Assembly (NCBI GenBank): GCA_017499595.2 | Contig: CM038998.1 | Span: forward strand, 3,658,001-3,722,000 | From: Psilocybe cubensis | Lineage: Eukaryota | Reading direction: 5' to 3' | DNA: 64,000 bases | In this document: positions 24,701 to 35,911 of the stretch, in pieces | Layout of the letters: each line of letters begins with the position of its first letter | How positions within the stretch are numbered: position 1 is the stretch's first letter | The notes under the pieces: model-generated | Databases searched by the model: none | What the model was told of the DNA's origin: nothing | What the model saw: the letters and a program-made list of their open reading frames with translations, nothing else | Translations under genes and position numbers: made by a program

Positions 24701-27158
24701 AGCCCATGCTTTGTACGTTTGAAACGCACTGAATGCATCGCTTTTGCGCTTAAGAAGCACAGCAGCTCTACTCTTTGTATGGTCATCAATAAAGGTTATC
24801 CAGTAGCGATAGCCTTCAGGAGTAGGGGGCGAGATAGGATCTTTCAGATCTGAGAAGATAAGCGCAAGCGGAACATCTGACATGCTGGGTGAAGAAGGAA
24901 ATGGGTTGGAATGCATCTTGCCTGCAAGGCAAGGTTCACAAATGGGGTCAGGCTGTTGCTGTGAATTCAGCTTGAGTCCGGTGACCATACCCTCTCTAAT
25001 CATCTTCTGGATGTCAGTGTAGCTATGATGAGCAAAGCGACGATGCCAGAGACTGATATCAAGGGGTAGAGTGGAATTGGAGGAAATGAAGGCAGATTCC
25101 GAAATAGGAACTGTATAACCGTTCAATAAAGCGCAGTTTGATGTACTAACATCTGCAGAGAAGAGACAAGCTCCTTTGCGATAAAACTCCATCAGATTAG
25201 CATCAATGGTGATTTTGAAGCCTTTGTGCTTTGTGAGGTATAGAACAGACAGTAGATTGTTTCGGAGATCTGGTACATGTAAAACTCTAGTTAACTCGAC
25301 GCCTCTTGACTTTATTCCATTTACAACTGGTTCAAAGAACACAGTGCCCACCCCTGCAGAATAAATAACTCGTTCATCTGCTAATCGGATTGGAATGCGA
25401 AGGGGGGTGTAATTTCTAACCCAATTGCGATGGGGCGTCATATGAGAAGTCGCCCCTGTGTCTGCAATCCAATCGTCATTAGTTTGGGGTGAAATGGAAG
25501 AGGGAACATCGGTATTAAGAGCACTTGCATTTCCAGCAAATTCCATGTCCTTGGACTCTTTTTCCTCACTGGATGCCTCTGAGGCCTTGTGCGCTCTATT
25601 GCCTTTGCGAGCCGCTTTGACACGCTCCTTCACATCCTTTTGCGCAGCAATGAACTTGTGACACTTGTCCATTGCATGATTGGTCATATCACAAAATGCG
25701 CACTTGGGCTTGGATGCAGAAGGGGCTGGAGCGGTCTGGAACGCGGTGGCGAGTGCAGGCAACTCCGAAGCGCGGCGACGTCGCTGTATGTCCTCTGTGA
25801 CAAAGGCTTGATGAATTGTAGCCTTGTCCAACTTGTCCAAAAGGAGAAGTGAGGATGCAAATGAACTGTACTCTTCTGGGAGTGCCCTGACCAGAGCAAG
25901 CGAAGCAAGCTCTTCATCAAGCTTAGCCAGATCAAACCCCTTAGGGCGAAGCTGCTGAATTAGCAACATGGCTTGCTCAACTCTATTGATCAGGGTTTGA
26001 AGGTTTTCACCTTCCTCCTTTCGGATGGAGAACAGATCATCATATGCATTAAAGCGGTTGCCAGGGCGCTTTTGCTGATGTACAGCGGCGAGGGCATCCC
26101 ACATCTTGATAGGATCATCCTTGATGGCTTCCACATGAACCCTCTGATCATTCTCCAAACTGAGATAGATCAAACCACATGCTTTGTCTCTCTGCTCAAA
26201 GTAGGTTTCAAGCAAAGCTTCCTCCTGAGCAGTAGGCTTGTCTGAGAGCGTTGGCTGTGCTCTAGCACCGCTGACAATGCGCCATATCCCTTTAGACTGG
26301 AGATAGGCGGTCATCTGGCCTGCCCAGGTGTTGTAGTTGGTTGAGTTCAATGGAGTGATTTGGGGATCAGAAGTCATTATTGCGAATTGCGAAGGAACGC
26401 GTAAGCGGATGGATACGAGTGTTGGTAGTAATATGTGGGGATGTGTAATGATGTGTGGAAACGAACTAGGCGTTACCCGGAGCTCGGGGTGCGATGCGAA
26501 CGCAAGTGGAAAAGACGAAGTTAAACTAGCCTAATTTAAAAGGGTTACTTTTAACTAGAAATAACTCGGGGATTAGGCGACGGGGGCCCGCTCAACCGAG
26601 GTTAACAAGTCGCGTAAGGCGTGCTCGTTCAACCCTACTAGCAGCGGCAATGTATGGCCGGGCCTGGTAGAGGATAAAAAGCAAAAAAGACTAAAATGAC
26701 CGTTTTGTGAAAACTATGCAGAAAGCAACTTGGTTCGCAAAACACGGAATTGGAGCGCTTAGAGCGCGGGGCCCATAACCTGTTGAAGCAGGCGAGCTCT
26801 GGGCAGTGTGAGCCACTCGGCGACCTAGTTATAGAACGCAGGGCGCAGGAATAAGCGAGCACGAAGCGTCTGAAGTCCGAAGTGAGTAACTGGATGAATT
26901 GAGCAAAGTGCTAACAAACTAACCTGAAGTCCGAAGTGAGTAACTGGGGACTTCAGAATGTAAACTAGAGTGACTATATACTGTGTAGACTCAAGTACTC
27001 TGGTCTACCTAGGTCTACTCTGGTCCGGTCCAGACCAGTCTATGGACTGATAAATATCATGTATCTAGAATGGTCTGGAGAGCAAATGAAGATAAGAAGA
27101 AAGTAATCTAATCTGATAAGATAGCAAAGTGAGGGAGACATAGAGAGCAGTTTTAACA
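21788..27158 (-). mobile_element. Copia family C copy C2, structurally intact, inserted antisense into C1 gag
   Basis: LTRs at 21788-22165 and 26781-27158, TSD ATTTG (21783-21787 and 27159-27163), PBS at 26769-26780, PPT at 22166-22175. Confidence 0.97.
22229..26377 (-). CDS. gag-pol: Copia C2 Gag-Pol polyprotein, 1382 aa
   Basis: Uninterrupted ORF with CAFCDMTNHAMDKC knuckle, WIADTGATSH protease, HRRFAH..CEPC, DDE integrase (DLKD where the other copies have DLKG), YIDD RT and RNase H. Confidence 0.97.
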   Translation of the reverse strand: MTSDPQITPLNSTNYNTWAGQMTAYLQSKGIWRIVSGARAQPTLSDKPTAQEEALLETYFEQRDKACGLIYLSLENDQRVHVEAIKDDPIKMWDALAAVHQQKRPGNRFNAYDDLFSIRKEEGENLQTLINRVEQAMLLIQQLRPKGFDLAKLDEELASLALVRALPEEYSSFASSLLLLDKLDKATIHQAFVTEDIQRRRRASELPALATAFQTAPAPSASKPKCAFCDMTNHAMDKCHKFIAAQKDVKERVKAARKGNRAHKASEASSEEKESKDMEFAGNASALNTDVPSSISPQTNDDWIADTGATSHMTPHRNWVRNYTPLRIPIRLADERVIYSAGVGTVFFEPVVNGIKSRGVELTRVLHVPDLRNNLLSVLYLTKHKGFKITIDANLMEFYRKGACLFSADVSTSNCALLNGYTVPISESAFISSNSTLPLDISLWHRRFAHHSYTDIQKMIREGMVTGLKLNSQQQPDPICEPCLAGKMHSNPFPSSPSMSDVPLALIFSDLKDPISPPTPEGYRYWITFIDDHTKSRAAVLLKRKSDAFSAFQTYKAWAENKLGFKIKALQDDKAGEYMSNAFIKFTDQCGIERRHTTRNRPQQNGVAERANRTMAEHVTSMLNEARVPPSFWGRCVAAYMHVWNRVPTAPLPDKTPYESWNKRKPDVSHLRVWGCLAYVYVQGDKRKSLQPHIEKCIFVGYPTGYKGWEFYNPVTKRFIISERADFDERCFPGVSTGPMPKFDLLPTSSASAPPPNSGGDSNGFNFDDDEDDSTRSPVIEPEVPIAPPEQPAEPPQPEAVPAPPPKPARRQRAPVDPATLRRTTRVPKQPGEWWKVSHDPEPPEANDPGFEEVEFAGLVSSADPRTFKQAMKAPDAHMWEEAANTEFNLLQHNQTWERVELPPGQKAIGCGWVFKIKRNADGSIERYKARIVAKGYSQRPGIDYHEVFAPTFRPATFRLIVALAAIGDLKLRSVDITAAFTKGDLDEEIYMLQPEGFHQGGPNMVLKLKKSLYGLKQSARQWNLKLHEALSDMGFKRIESDRSVYIYSDGDVKIIVPIYIDDITFASKSDAAIDRAVKQLAARFELRDLGPTQYLLGVAIKRDMAAKTISLHQRQYILDMLDTYGMTDSNPVKTPMAVGTVLSKADGPQNGDEVEFMRNVPYLNAVGSLQYLATMTRPDIAFTVSYLARFNSNPGPKHWAAIKHLFRYLRGTLDYKLTYSGAVGHDNFVTYTDAAHGDCVDTGRSTSGYLTVLAGGAIGWASKLQTVVTLSTTEAEYIAAVEAAKEIVWMRNILEEFGYTVTEPSVLHMDNQSSISVSKNPEHHGRMKHLDLRYYWLRDAVGVGKISPSYIPTDQQAADILTKPLSPPKVDFCRDKMGLKL

Positions 27159-29063
27159 ATTTGCATCCTCACTTCTCCTTTTGGACAAGTTGGACAAGGC
27201 TACAATTCATCAAGCCTTTGTCACAGAGGACATACAGCGACGTCGCCGCGCTTCGGAGTTGCCTGCACTTGCCACCGCGTTCCAGACCGCTCCAGCCCCT
27301 TCTGCATCCAAGTCCAAGTGCGCATTTTGTGATATGACCAATCATGCAATGGACAAGTGTCACAAGTTCATTGCTGCGCAAAAGGATGTGAAGGAGCGTG
27401 TCAAAGCGGCTCGCAAAGGCAATAGAGCGCACAAGGCCTCAGAGGCATCCAGTGAGGAAAAAGAGTCCAAGGACATGGAATTTGCTGGAAATGCAAGTGC
27501 TCTTAATACCGATGTTCCCTCTTCCATTTCACCCCAAACTAATGACGATTGGATTGCAGACACAGGGGCGACTTCTCATATGACGCCCCATCGCAATTGG
27601 GTTAGAAATTACACCCCCCTTCGCATTCCAATCCGATTAGCAGATGAACGAGTTATTTATTCTGCAGGGGTGGGCACTGTGTTCTTTGAACCAGTTGTAA
27701 ATGGAATAAAGTCAAGAGGCGTCGAGTTAACTAGAGTTTTACATGTACCAGATCTCCGAAACAATCTACTGTCTGTTCTATACCTCACAAAGCACAAAGG
27801 CTTCAAAATCACCATTGATGCTAATCTGATGGAGTTTTATCGCAAAGGAGCTTGTCTCTTCTCTGCAGATGTTAGTACATCAAACTGCGCTTTATTGAAC
27901 GGTTATACAGTTCCTATTTCGGAATCTGCCTTCATTTCCTCCAATTCCACTCTACCCCTTGATATCAGTCTCTGGCATCGTCGCTTTGCTCATCATAGCT
28001 ACACTGACATCCAGAAGATGATTAGAGAGGGTATGGTCACCGGACTCAAGCTGAATTCACAGCAACAGCCTGACCCCATTTGTGAACCTTGCCTTGCAGG
28101 CAAGATGCATTCCAACCCATTTCCTTCTTCACCCAGCATGTCAGATGTTCCGCTTGCGCTTATCTTCTCAGATCTGAAAGGTCCTATCTCGCCCCCTACT
28201 CCTGAAGGCTATCGCTACTGGATAACCTTTATTGATGACCATACAAAGAGTAGAGCTGCTGTGCTTCTTAAGCGCAAAAGCGATGCATTCAGTGCGTTTC
28301 AAACGTACAAAGCATGGGCTGAGAACAAATTAGGCTTTAAGATCAAAGCACTGCAGGATGACAAAGCTGGTGAATACATGTCAAATGCTTTCATCAAATT
28401 CACTGACCAGTGTGGCATTGAGCGTCGTCATACAACGCGAAATCGCCCACAACAGAACGGAGTTGCAGAGCGTGCAAATCGCACCATGGCAGAACATGTT
28501 ACTTCCATGCTCAATGAGGCTCGTGTTCCACCTTCGTTTTGGGGTCGCTGTGTTGCAGCATACATGCATGTATGGAATCGTGTTCCTACAGCTCCTCTAC
28601 CGGACAAGACTCCGTATGAAAGCTGGAACAAGCGCAAACCTGATGTTAGTCATTTGAGGGTTTGGGGTTGCCTTGCATATGTTTATGTTGAAGCAGGCGA
28701 GCTCTGGGCAGTGTGAGCCACTCGGCGACCTAGTTATAGAACGCAGGGCGCAGGAATAAGCGAGCACGAAGCGTCTGAAGTCCGAAGTGAGTAACTGGAT
28801 GAATTGAGCAAAGTGCTAACAAACTAACCTGAAGTCCGAAGTGAGTAACTGGGGACTTCAGAATGTAAACTAGAGTGACTATATACTGTGTAGACTCAAG
28901 TACTCTGGTCTACCTAGGTCTACTCTGGTCCGGTCCAGACCAGTCTATGGACTGATAAATATCATGTATCTAGAATGGTCTGGAGAGCAAATGAAGATAA
29001 GAAGAAAGTAATCTAATCTGATAAGATAGCAAAGTGAGGGAGACATAGAGAGCAGTTTTAACA
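27159..29063 (+). repeat. 1905-bp tandem duplication unit: C1 gag-integrase segment (27159-28685) plus an extra minus-strand LTR (28686-29063)
   Basis: 27159-28685 repeats at 29064-30590. The extra LTR is flanked by GTTTA on the left and ATTTG on the right. Confidence 0.9.
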
Positions 29064-32000
29064 ATTTGCATCCTCACTTCTCCTTTTGGACAAGTTGGAC
29101 AAGGCTACAATTCATCAAGCCTTTGTCACAGAGGACATACAGCGACGTCGCCGCGCTTCGGAGTTGCCTGCACTTGCCACCGCGTTCCAGACCGCTCCAG
29201 CCCCTTCTGCATCCAAGTCCAAGTGCGCATTTTGTGATATGACCAATCATGCAATGGACAAGTGTCACAAGTTCATTGCTGCGCAAAAGGATGTGAAGGA
29301 GCGTGTCAAAGCGGCTCGCAAAGGCAATAGAGCGCACAAGGCCTCAGAGGCATCCAGTGAGGAAAAAGAGTCCAAGGACATGGAATTTGCTGGAAATGCA
29401 AGTGCTCTTAATACCGATGTTCCCTCTTCCATTTCACCCCAAACTAATGACGATTGGATTGCAGACACAGGGGCGACTTCTCATATGACGCCCCATCGCA
29501 ATTGGGTTAGAAATTACACCCCCCTTCGCATTCCAATCCGATTAGCAGATGAACGAGTTATTTATTCTGCAGGGGTGGGCACTGTGTTCTTTGAACCAGT
29601 TGTAAATGGAATAAAGTCAAGAGGCGTCGAGTTAACTAGAGTTTTACATGTACCAGATCTCCGAAACAATCTACTGTCTGTTCTATACCTCACAAAGCAC
29701 AAAGGCTTCAAAATCACCATTGATGCTAATCTGATGGAGTTTTATCGCAAAGGAGCTTGTCTCTTCTCTGCAGATGTTAGTACATCAAACTGCGCTTTAT
29801 TGAACGGTTATACAGTTCCTATTTCGGAATCTGCCTTCATTTCCTCCAATTCCACTCTACCCCTTGATATCAGTCTCTGGCATCGTCGCTTTGCTCATCA
29901 TAGCTACACTGACATCCAGAAGATGATTAGAGAGGGTATGGTCACCGGACTCAAGCTGAATTCACAGCAACAGCCTGACCCCATTTGTGAACCTTGCCTT
30001 GCAGGCAAGATGCATTCCAACCCATTTCCTTCTTCACCCAGCATGTCAGATGTTCCGCTTGCGCTTATCTTCTCAGATCTGAAAGGTCCTATCTCGCCCC
30101 CTACTCCTGAAGGCTATCGCTACTGGATAACCTTTATTGATGACCATACAAAGAGTAGAGCTGCTGTGCTTCTTAAGCGCAAAAGCGATGCATTCAGTGC
30201 GTTTCAAACGTACAAAGCATGGGCTGAGAACAAATTAGGCTTTAAGATCAAAGCACTGCAGGATGACAAAGCTGGTGAATACATGTCAAATGCTTTCATC
30301 AAATTCACTGACCAGTGTGGCATTGAGCGTCGTCATACAACGCGAAATCGCCCACAACAGAACGGAGTTGCAGAGCGTGCAAATCGCACCATGGCAGAAC
30401 ATGTTACTTCCATGCTCAATGAGGCTCGTGTTCCACCTTCGTTTTGGGGTCGCTGTGTTGCAGCATACATGCATGTATGGAATCGTGTTCCTACAGCTCC
30501 TCTACCGGACAAGACTCCGTATGAAAGCTGGAACAAGCGCAAACCTGATGTTAGTCATTTGAGGGTTTGGGGTTGCCTTGCATATGTTTATGTTCAGGGA
30601 GATAAGCGCAAATCGTTGCAGCCTCATATAGAGAAGTGTATCTTTGTTGGGTATCCTACTGGGTACAAGGGCTGGGAGTTTTACAACCCAGTCACCAAAA
30701 GGTTCATTATCTCTGAGAGAGCTGATTTCGACGAAAGGTGCTTCCCTGGGGTGTCCACTGGCCCTATGCCAAAGTTTGACCTTCTTCCCACTTCTTCTGC
30801 AAGTGCACCACCTCCCAATTCAGGGGGGGACTCTAATGGCTTCAATTTTGATGATGATGAGGATGACTCTACTCGAAGTCCTGTCATTGAGCCAGAAGTG
30901 CCTATTGCGCCTCCTGAACAGCCAGCTGAACCGCCACAGCCTGAGGCCGTTCCTGCACCTCCTCCTAAGCCTGCACGCCGCCAGCGTGCTCCAGTTGATC
31001 CTGCAACGTTGAGACGCACTACTCGCGTTCCTAAGCAGCCTGGTGAATGGTGGAAGGTCTCACATGATCCTGAACCACCTGAAGCCAATGATCCTGGATT
31101 TGAAGAGGTGGAGTTTGCTGGGCTTGTTTCAAGCGCAGATCCGCGCACATTCAAACAGGCAATGAAAGCGCCTGATGCGCACATGTGGGAAGAGGCTGCT
31201 AACACAGAATTCAATCTGTTGCAGCACAATCAAACTTGGGAGCGAGTTGAGCTCCCTCCGGGTCAAAAGGCAATTGGCTGTGGTTGGGTCTTTAAAATCA
31301 AGCGAAATGCAGATGGCAGTATAGAGCGCTACAAGGCTCGTATTGTTGCCAAGGGCTACAGTCAGCGCCCTGGCATTGATTACCATGAGGTCTTTGCTCC
31401 TACTTTCCGCCCTGCTACTTTCCGCTTGATTGTGGCTCTGGCCGCCATTGGAGACTTGAAGTTGCGCTCTGTTGATATTACAGCTGCTTTCACTAAAGGT
31501 GACCTTGACGAGGAGATTTACATGTTACAACCTGAAGGATTTCACCAAGGTGGTCCTAACATGGTTTTGAAACTCAAAAAGTCGCTCTATGGTCTTAAGC
31601 AGTCTGCACGTCAATGGAACCTCAAGTTGCATGAGGCATTGTCAGATATGGGGTTCAAGCGTATAGAATCAGATCGCTCTGTCTACATCTATTCAGATGG
31701 AGATGTGAAGATTATTGTTCCCATTTACATTGATGACATTACCTTTGCCTCCAAATCGGACGCTGCCATAGATAGAGCTGTTAAGCAGCTAGCTGCGCGT
31801 TTTGAACTCCGTGATCTGGGTCCTACACAGTATTTACTTGGTGTTGCCATTAAGCGAGATATGGCTGCTAAAACCATTTCCTTGCATCAGCGTCAGTATA
31901 TCCTTGATATGCTTGATACATATGGCATGACTGATTCTAATCCGGTCAAAACACCTATGGCTGTGGGCACTGTTCTGTCCAAGGCAGATGGACCTCAGAA

Positions 32001-32697
32001 TGGAGATGAGGTGGAATTTATGCGAAATGTTCCTTACCTCAATGCAGTTGGCTCCTTGCAGTATCTAGCCACCATGACCCGTCCTGACATTGCTTTTACT
32101 GTGTCCTATCTGGCACGCTTCAACTCCAATCCTGGGCCTAAGCATTGGGCTGCAATTAAACATTTGTTCCGCTACCTCAGAGGCACTCTGGATTACAAGT
32201 TGACTTATTCTGGCGCTGTGGGCCATGATAACTTTGTCACCTACACTGATGCTGCACATGGTGATTGTGTAGATACTGGACGCTCTACGAGTGGTTATTT
32301 GACCGTTCTAGCTGGAGGTGCTATTGGCTGGGCAAGCAAACTCCAAACTGTTGTAACTCTGTCTACTACTGAGGCAGAGTACATTGCTGCGGTGGAGGCA
32401 GCCAAGGAAATTGTGTGGATGCGCAATATCCTTGAGGAGTTTGGCTACACAGTCACTGAGCCCTCTGTGCTGCATATGGACAACCAGTCATCTATTAGTG
32501 TTTCCAAGAATCCAGAGCACCATGGACGGATGAAGCACCTTGATTTGCGCTATTATTGGCTTAGGGATGCTGTTGGTGTTGGAAAGATTTCTCCTTCTTA
32601 TATTCCTACTGATCAGCAAGCTGCTGATATTCTTACCAAACCCCTCTCACCTCCTAAAGTGGACTTTTGTAGAGATAAAATGGGTCTCAAACTTTAA
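29064..32697 (+). pseudogene. gag-pol: Copia C1 remainder of gag-pol (open 1203-aa frame lacking the N-terminus)
   Basis: ORF 29086-32697 matches C2 from LDKLDKAT to the stop. Confidence 0.95.
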
Positions 32698-32760
32698 TCT
32701 TTCTTTCTCTGTTTTGCTTTATTTTTCTTTGTTCTGGAGACTTGTCAGAACAGGGGGGAG

Positions 32761-33138
32761 TGTTAAAACTGCTCTCTATGTCTCCCTCACTTTGCTATCT
32801 TATCAGATTAGATTACTTTCTTCTTATCTTCATTTGCTCTCCAGACCATTCTAGATACATGATATTTATCAGTCCATAGACTGGTCTGGACCGGACCAGA
32901 GTAGACCTAGGTAGACCAGAGTACTTGAGTCTACACAGTATATAGTCACTCTAGTTTACATTCTGAAGTCCCCAGTTACTCACTTCGGACTTCAGGTTAG
33001 TTTGTTAGCACTTTGCTCAATTCATCCAGTTACTCACTTCGGACTTCAGACGCTTCGTGCTCGCTTATTCCTGCGCCCTGCGTTCTATAACTAGGTCGCC
33101 GAGTGGCTCACACTGCCCAGAGCTCGCCTGCTTCAACA
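32761..33138 (+). repeat. Copia C1 3' LTR
   Basis: Preceded by PPT CAGGGGGGAG and followed by TSD TAAAC. Confidence 0.96.
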
Positions 33139-35168
33139 TAAACATATGCAAGGCAACCCCAAACCCTCAAATGACTAACATCAGGTTTGCGCTTGTTCCA
33201 GCTTTCATACGGAGTCTTGTCCGGTAGAGGAGCTGTAGGACAACGATTCCATATATGCATGTATGCTGCAACACAGCGACCCCAAAACGAAGGTGGAATA
33301 CGAGCCTCATTGAGCATGGAAGTAACATGTTCTGCCATGGTGCGATTTGCACGCTCTGCAACTCTGTTCTGTTGTGGGCGATTTCGCGTTGTATGACAAC
33401 GCTCAATGCCACACTGGTCAGTGAATTTGATGAAAGCATTTGACATGTATTCACCAGCTTTGTCATCCTGCAGCGCTTTGATCTTAAAGCCTAATTTGTT
33501 CTCAGCCCATGCTTTGTACGTTTGGAACGCACTGAATGCATCGCTTTTGCGTTTAAGAAGCACAGCAGCTCTACTCTTTGTATGGTCATCAATAAAGGTT
33601 ATCCAGTAGCAATAGCCTTCAGGAGTAGGGGGCGAGATAGGACCTTTCAGATCTGAGAAGATAAGCGCAAGCGGAACATCTGACATGCTGGGTGAAGAAG
33701 GAAATGGGTTGGAATGCATCTTGCCTGCAAGGCAAGGTTCACAAATGGGGTCAGGCTGTTGCTGTGAATTCAGCTTGAGTCCGGTGACCATACCCTCTCT
33801 AATCATCTTCTGGATGTCAGTGTAGCTATGATGAGCAAAGCGACGATGCCAGAGACTGATATCAAGGGGTAGAGTGGAATTGGAGGAAATGAAGGCAGAC
33901 TCTGAAATAGGAACTGTATAACCGTTCAATAAAGCGCAGTTTGATGTACTAACATCTGCAGAGAAGAGACAAGCTCCTTTGCGATGAAACTCCATCAGAT
34001 TAGCATCAATGGTGATTTTGAAGCCTTTGTGCTTTGTGAGGTATAGAACAGACAGTAGATTGTTTCGGAGATCTGGTACATGTAAAACTCTAGTTAACTC
34101 GACGCCTCTTGACTTTATTCCATTTACAACTGGTTCAAAGAACACAGTGCTACCCCTGCAGAATAAATAACTCGTTCATCTGCTAATCGGATTGGAATGC
34201 GAAGGGGGGTATAATTTCTAACCCAATTGCGATGGGGCGTCATATGAGAAGTTGCCCCTGTGTCTGCAATCCAATCGTCATTAGTTTGGGGTGAAATGGA
34301 AGAGGGAACATCGGTATTAAGAGCACTTGCATTTCCAGCAAATTCCATGTCCTTGGACTCTTTTTCCTTACTGGATGCCTCTGAGGCCTTGTGCGCTCTA
34401 TTGCCTTTGCGAGCCGCTTTGACACGCTCCTTTGCATCCTTTTGCGCAGCAATAAACTTGTGACACTTGTCTATTGCATGGTTGGTCATATCACAAAATG
34501 CGCACTTGGGCTTGGATGCAAAAGGGGCTGGAGCAGTCTGGAATGCAGCGGCAAATATAGACAACTCCAAAGCGCGGCGATGTTGCTGTATGTCCTCTGT
34601 GACAAAGGCTTGATGCATTGTAGCCTTGTCCAACTTGTCCAAAAGAAGAAGTGAGGATGCAAATGAACTGTACTCTTCTAGGAGTGCCCTGACTAGAGCA
34701 AGCAAAGCAAGCTCTTTATCAGGCTTAGCCAAATCAAACCCCTTGGTGAAAAGCTTAGCAACATGGCTTGCTCAATTCTATTGATCAGGATTTGAAGGTT
34801 TTTATCTTCCTCCAACAGATCATTATATGCATTAAAGCGGTTGCCAGGGCGCTTCTGCTAGTGTAAAGTGGTGAGGCTATTCCACATCATGATAGAATCA
34901 TTCATCCAGGATTGATGGTTTCCACATGAACCCTCTGATCATTCTCCAAACTGAAATAGATTAAACCACATGCTTTGTCTCTCTGCTCAAAGTAGGTTTC
35001 AAAAAAAGCTTCCTCCTAAGCAGTGGGCTTGTCTGAGAGCATTGGCTGTACTTTAGCACCGCTGACAATGCACCATATCCCTTTAGACTGGAGATAGGCG
35101 GTCATCTGGCCTGCCCATGTGTTGTAGTTGGTTGTATTCAAAGGAGTAATTTGGGAATCAGAAGTCAT
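33139..35168 (-). pseudogene. gag-pol: Copia C0 gag, protease and integrase N-terminal part (frameshifted)
   Basis: ORFs 33108-34145, 34124-34732 and 35016-35309 are diverged versions of C2. Confidence 0.92.
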
Positions 35169-35568
35169 TATTGTGAATTGCAAAGGAACACATAAGTAGA
35201 TGGATACAAGTGTTGGTAGTAATGTGTACAAATGTGTAATAATGTGTGGAAACAAACTAGGCATTACTCGGAGCTTGGGGTGTGATGTGAGCGCAAGTTG
35301 AAAAAACAAAGTTAAACTAGCCTAATTTAAAAGGTGTACTTTTAACTAGAAATAACTCAGGGATTAGGCAACGGGGGCCCGCTCAACTGAGGTTAACAAG
35401 TCGCGTAAGGCGTGCTCGTTCAACCCTACTAGCAGCGGCAATGTATGGCCGGGCCTGGTAGAGGATAAAAAGCAAAAAAGACTAAAATGACCGTTTTGTG
35501 AAAACTATGCAGAAAGCAACTTGGTTCGCAAAACACGGAATTGGAGTGCTTAGAGCACGGGGCCCATA

Positions 35569-35911
35569 TGTTGAAGCAGGCAAGCTCGGGGCAGTGTGAG
35601 CTACTCGGAGACCTAGTTATAGAACGTAGGGCGCAGGGATAAGCGAGCACGAAGCGTCTGAAGTCCGAAGTGAGTAACTAAGTGAATTGAGCAAAGTGCT
35701 AACAAACTAACCTGAAGTCCGAAGTGAGTAACTGGGGACTTCAGGATGTAAACTAGAGTGACTATATACTATGTAGACTCAAGTACTCTGGTCTACCTAG
35801 GTCTACTTTGGTCCGGTCCAGACCAGTCTATGGACTGATAAATATCATGTGTCTAGAATGGTCTGGAGAGCAAATGAAGATAAGAAGAAAGTAATCTAAT
35901 CTGATAAGATA
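35569..35911 (-). repeat. Copia C0 5' LTR (truncated)
   Basis: LTR sequence stops at CTGATAAGATA. The adjacent PBS has lost 3 nt. Confidence 0.9.

Larger units (their letters stand above)
20487..33138 (+). mobile_element. Copia family C young copy C1, inserted antisense into the C0 integrase
   Basis: 378-bp LTRs at 20487-20864 and 32761-33138, TSD TAAAC (20482-20486 and 33139-33143), PBS at 20865, PPT before 32761. Confidence 0.95.
17935..35911 (-). mobile_element. Ty1/copia family C, older host copy C0 (split by 20487-33138)
   Basis: 3' LTR 17935-18311 with PPT, pol 18375-20486, resumption at 33139-35568, and 5' LTR 35569-35911 truncated by about 35 bp. The gag region is degenerate. Confidence 0.95.

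Noticed and set aside
28686-29063. Extra LTR interpreted as an ordinary solo LTR or an autointegration product
   Set aside because: A solo LTR needs matching TSDs, and autointegration keeps one native PBS or PPT junction. Neither holds.
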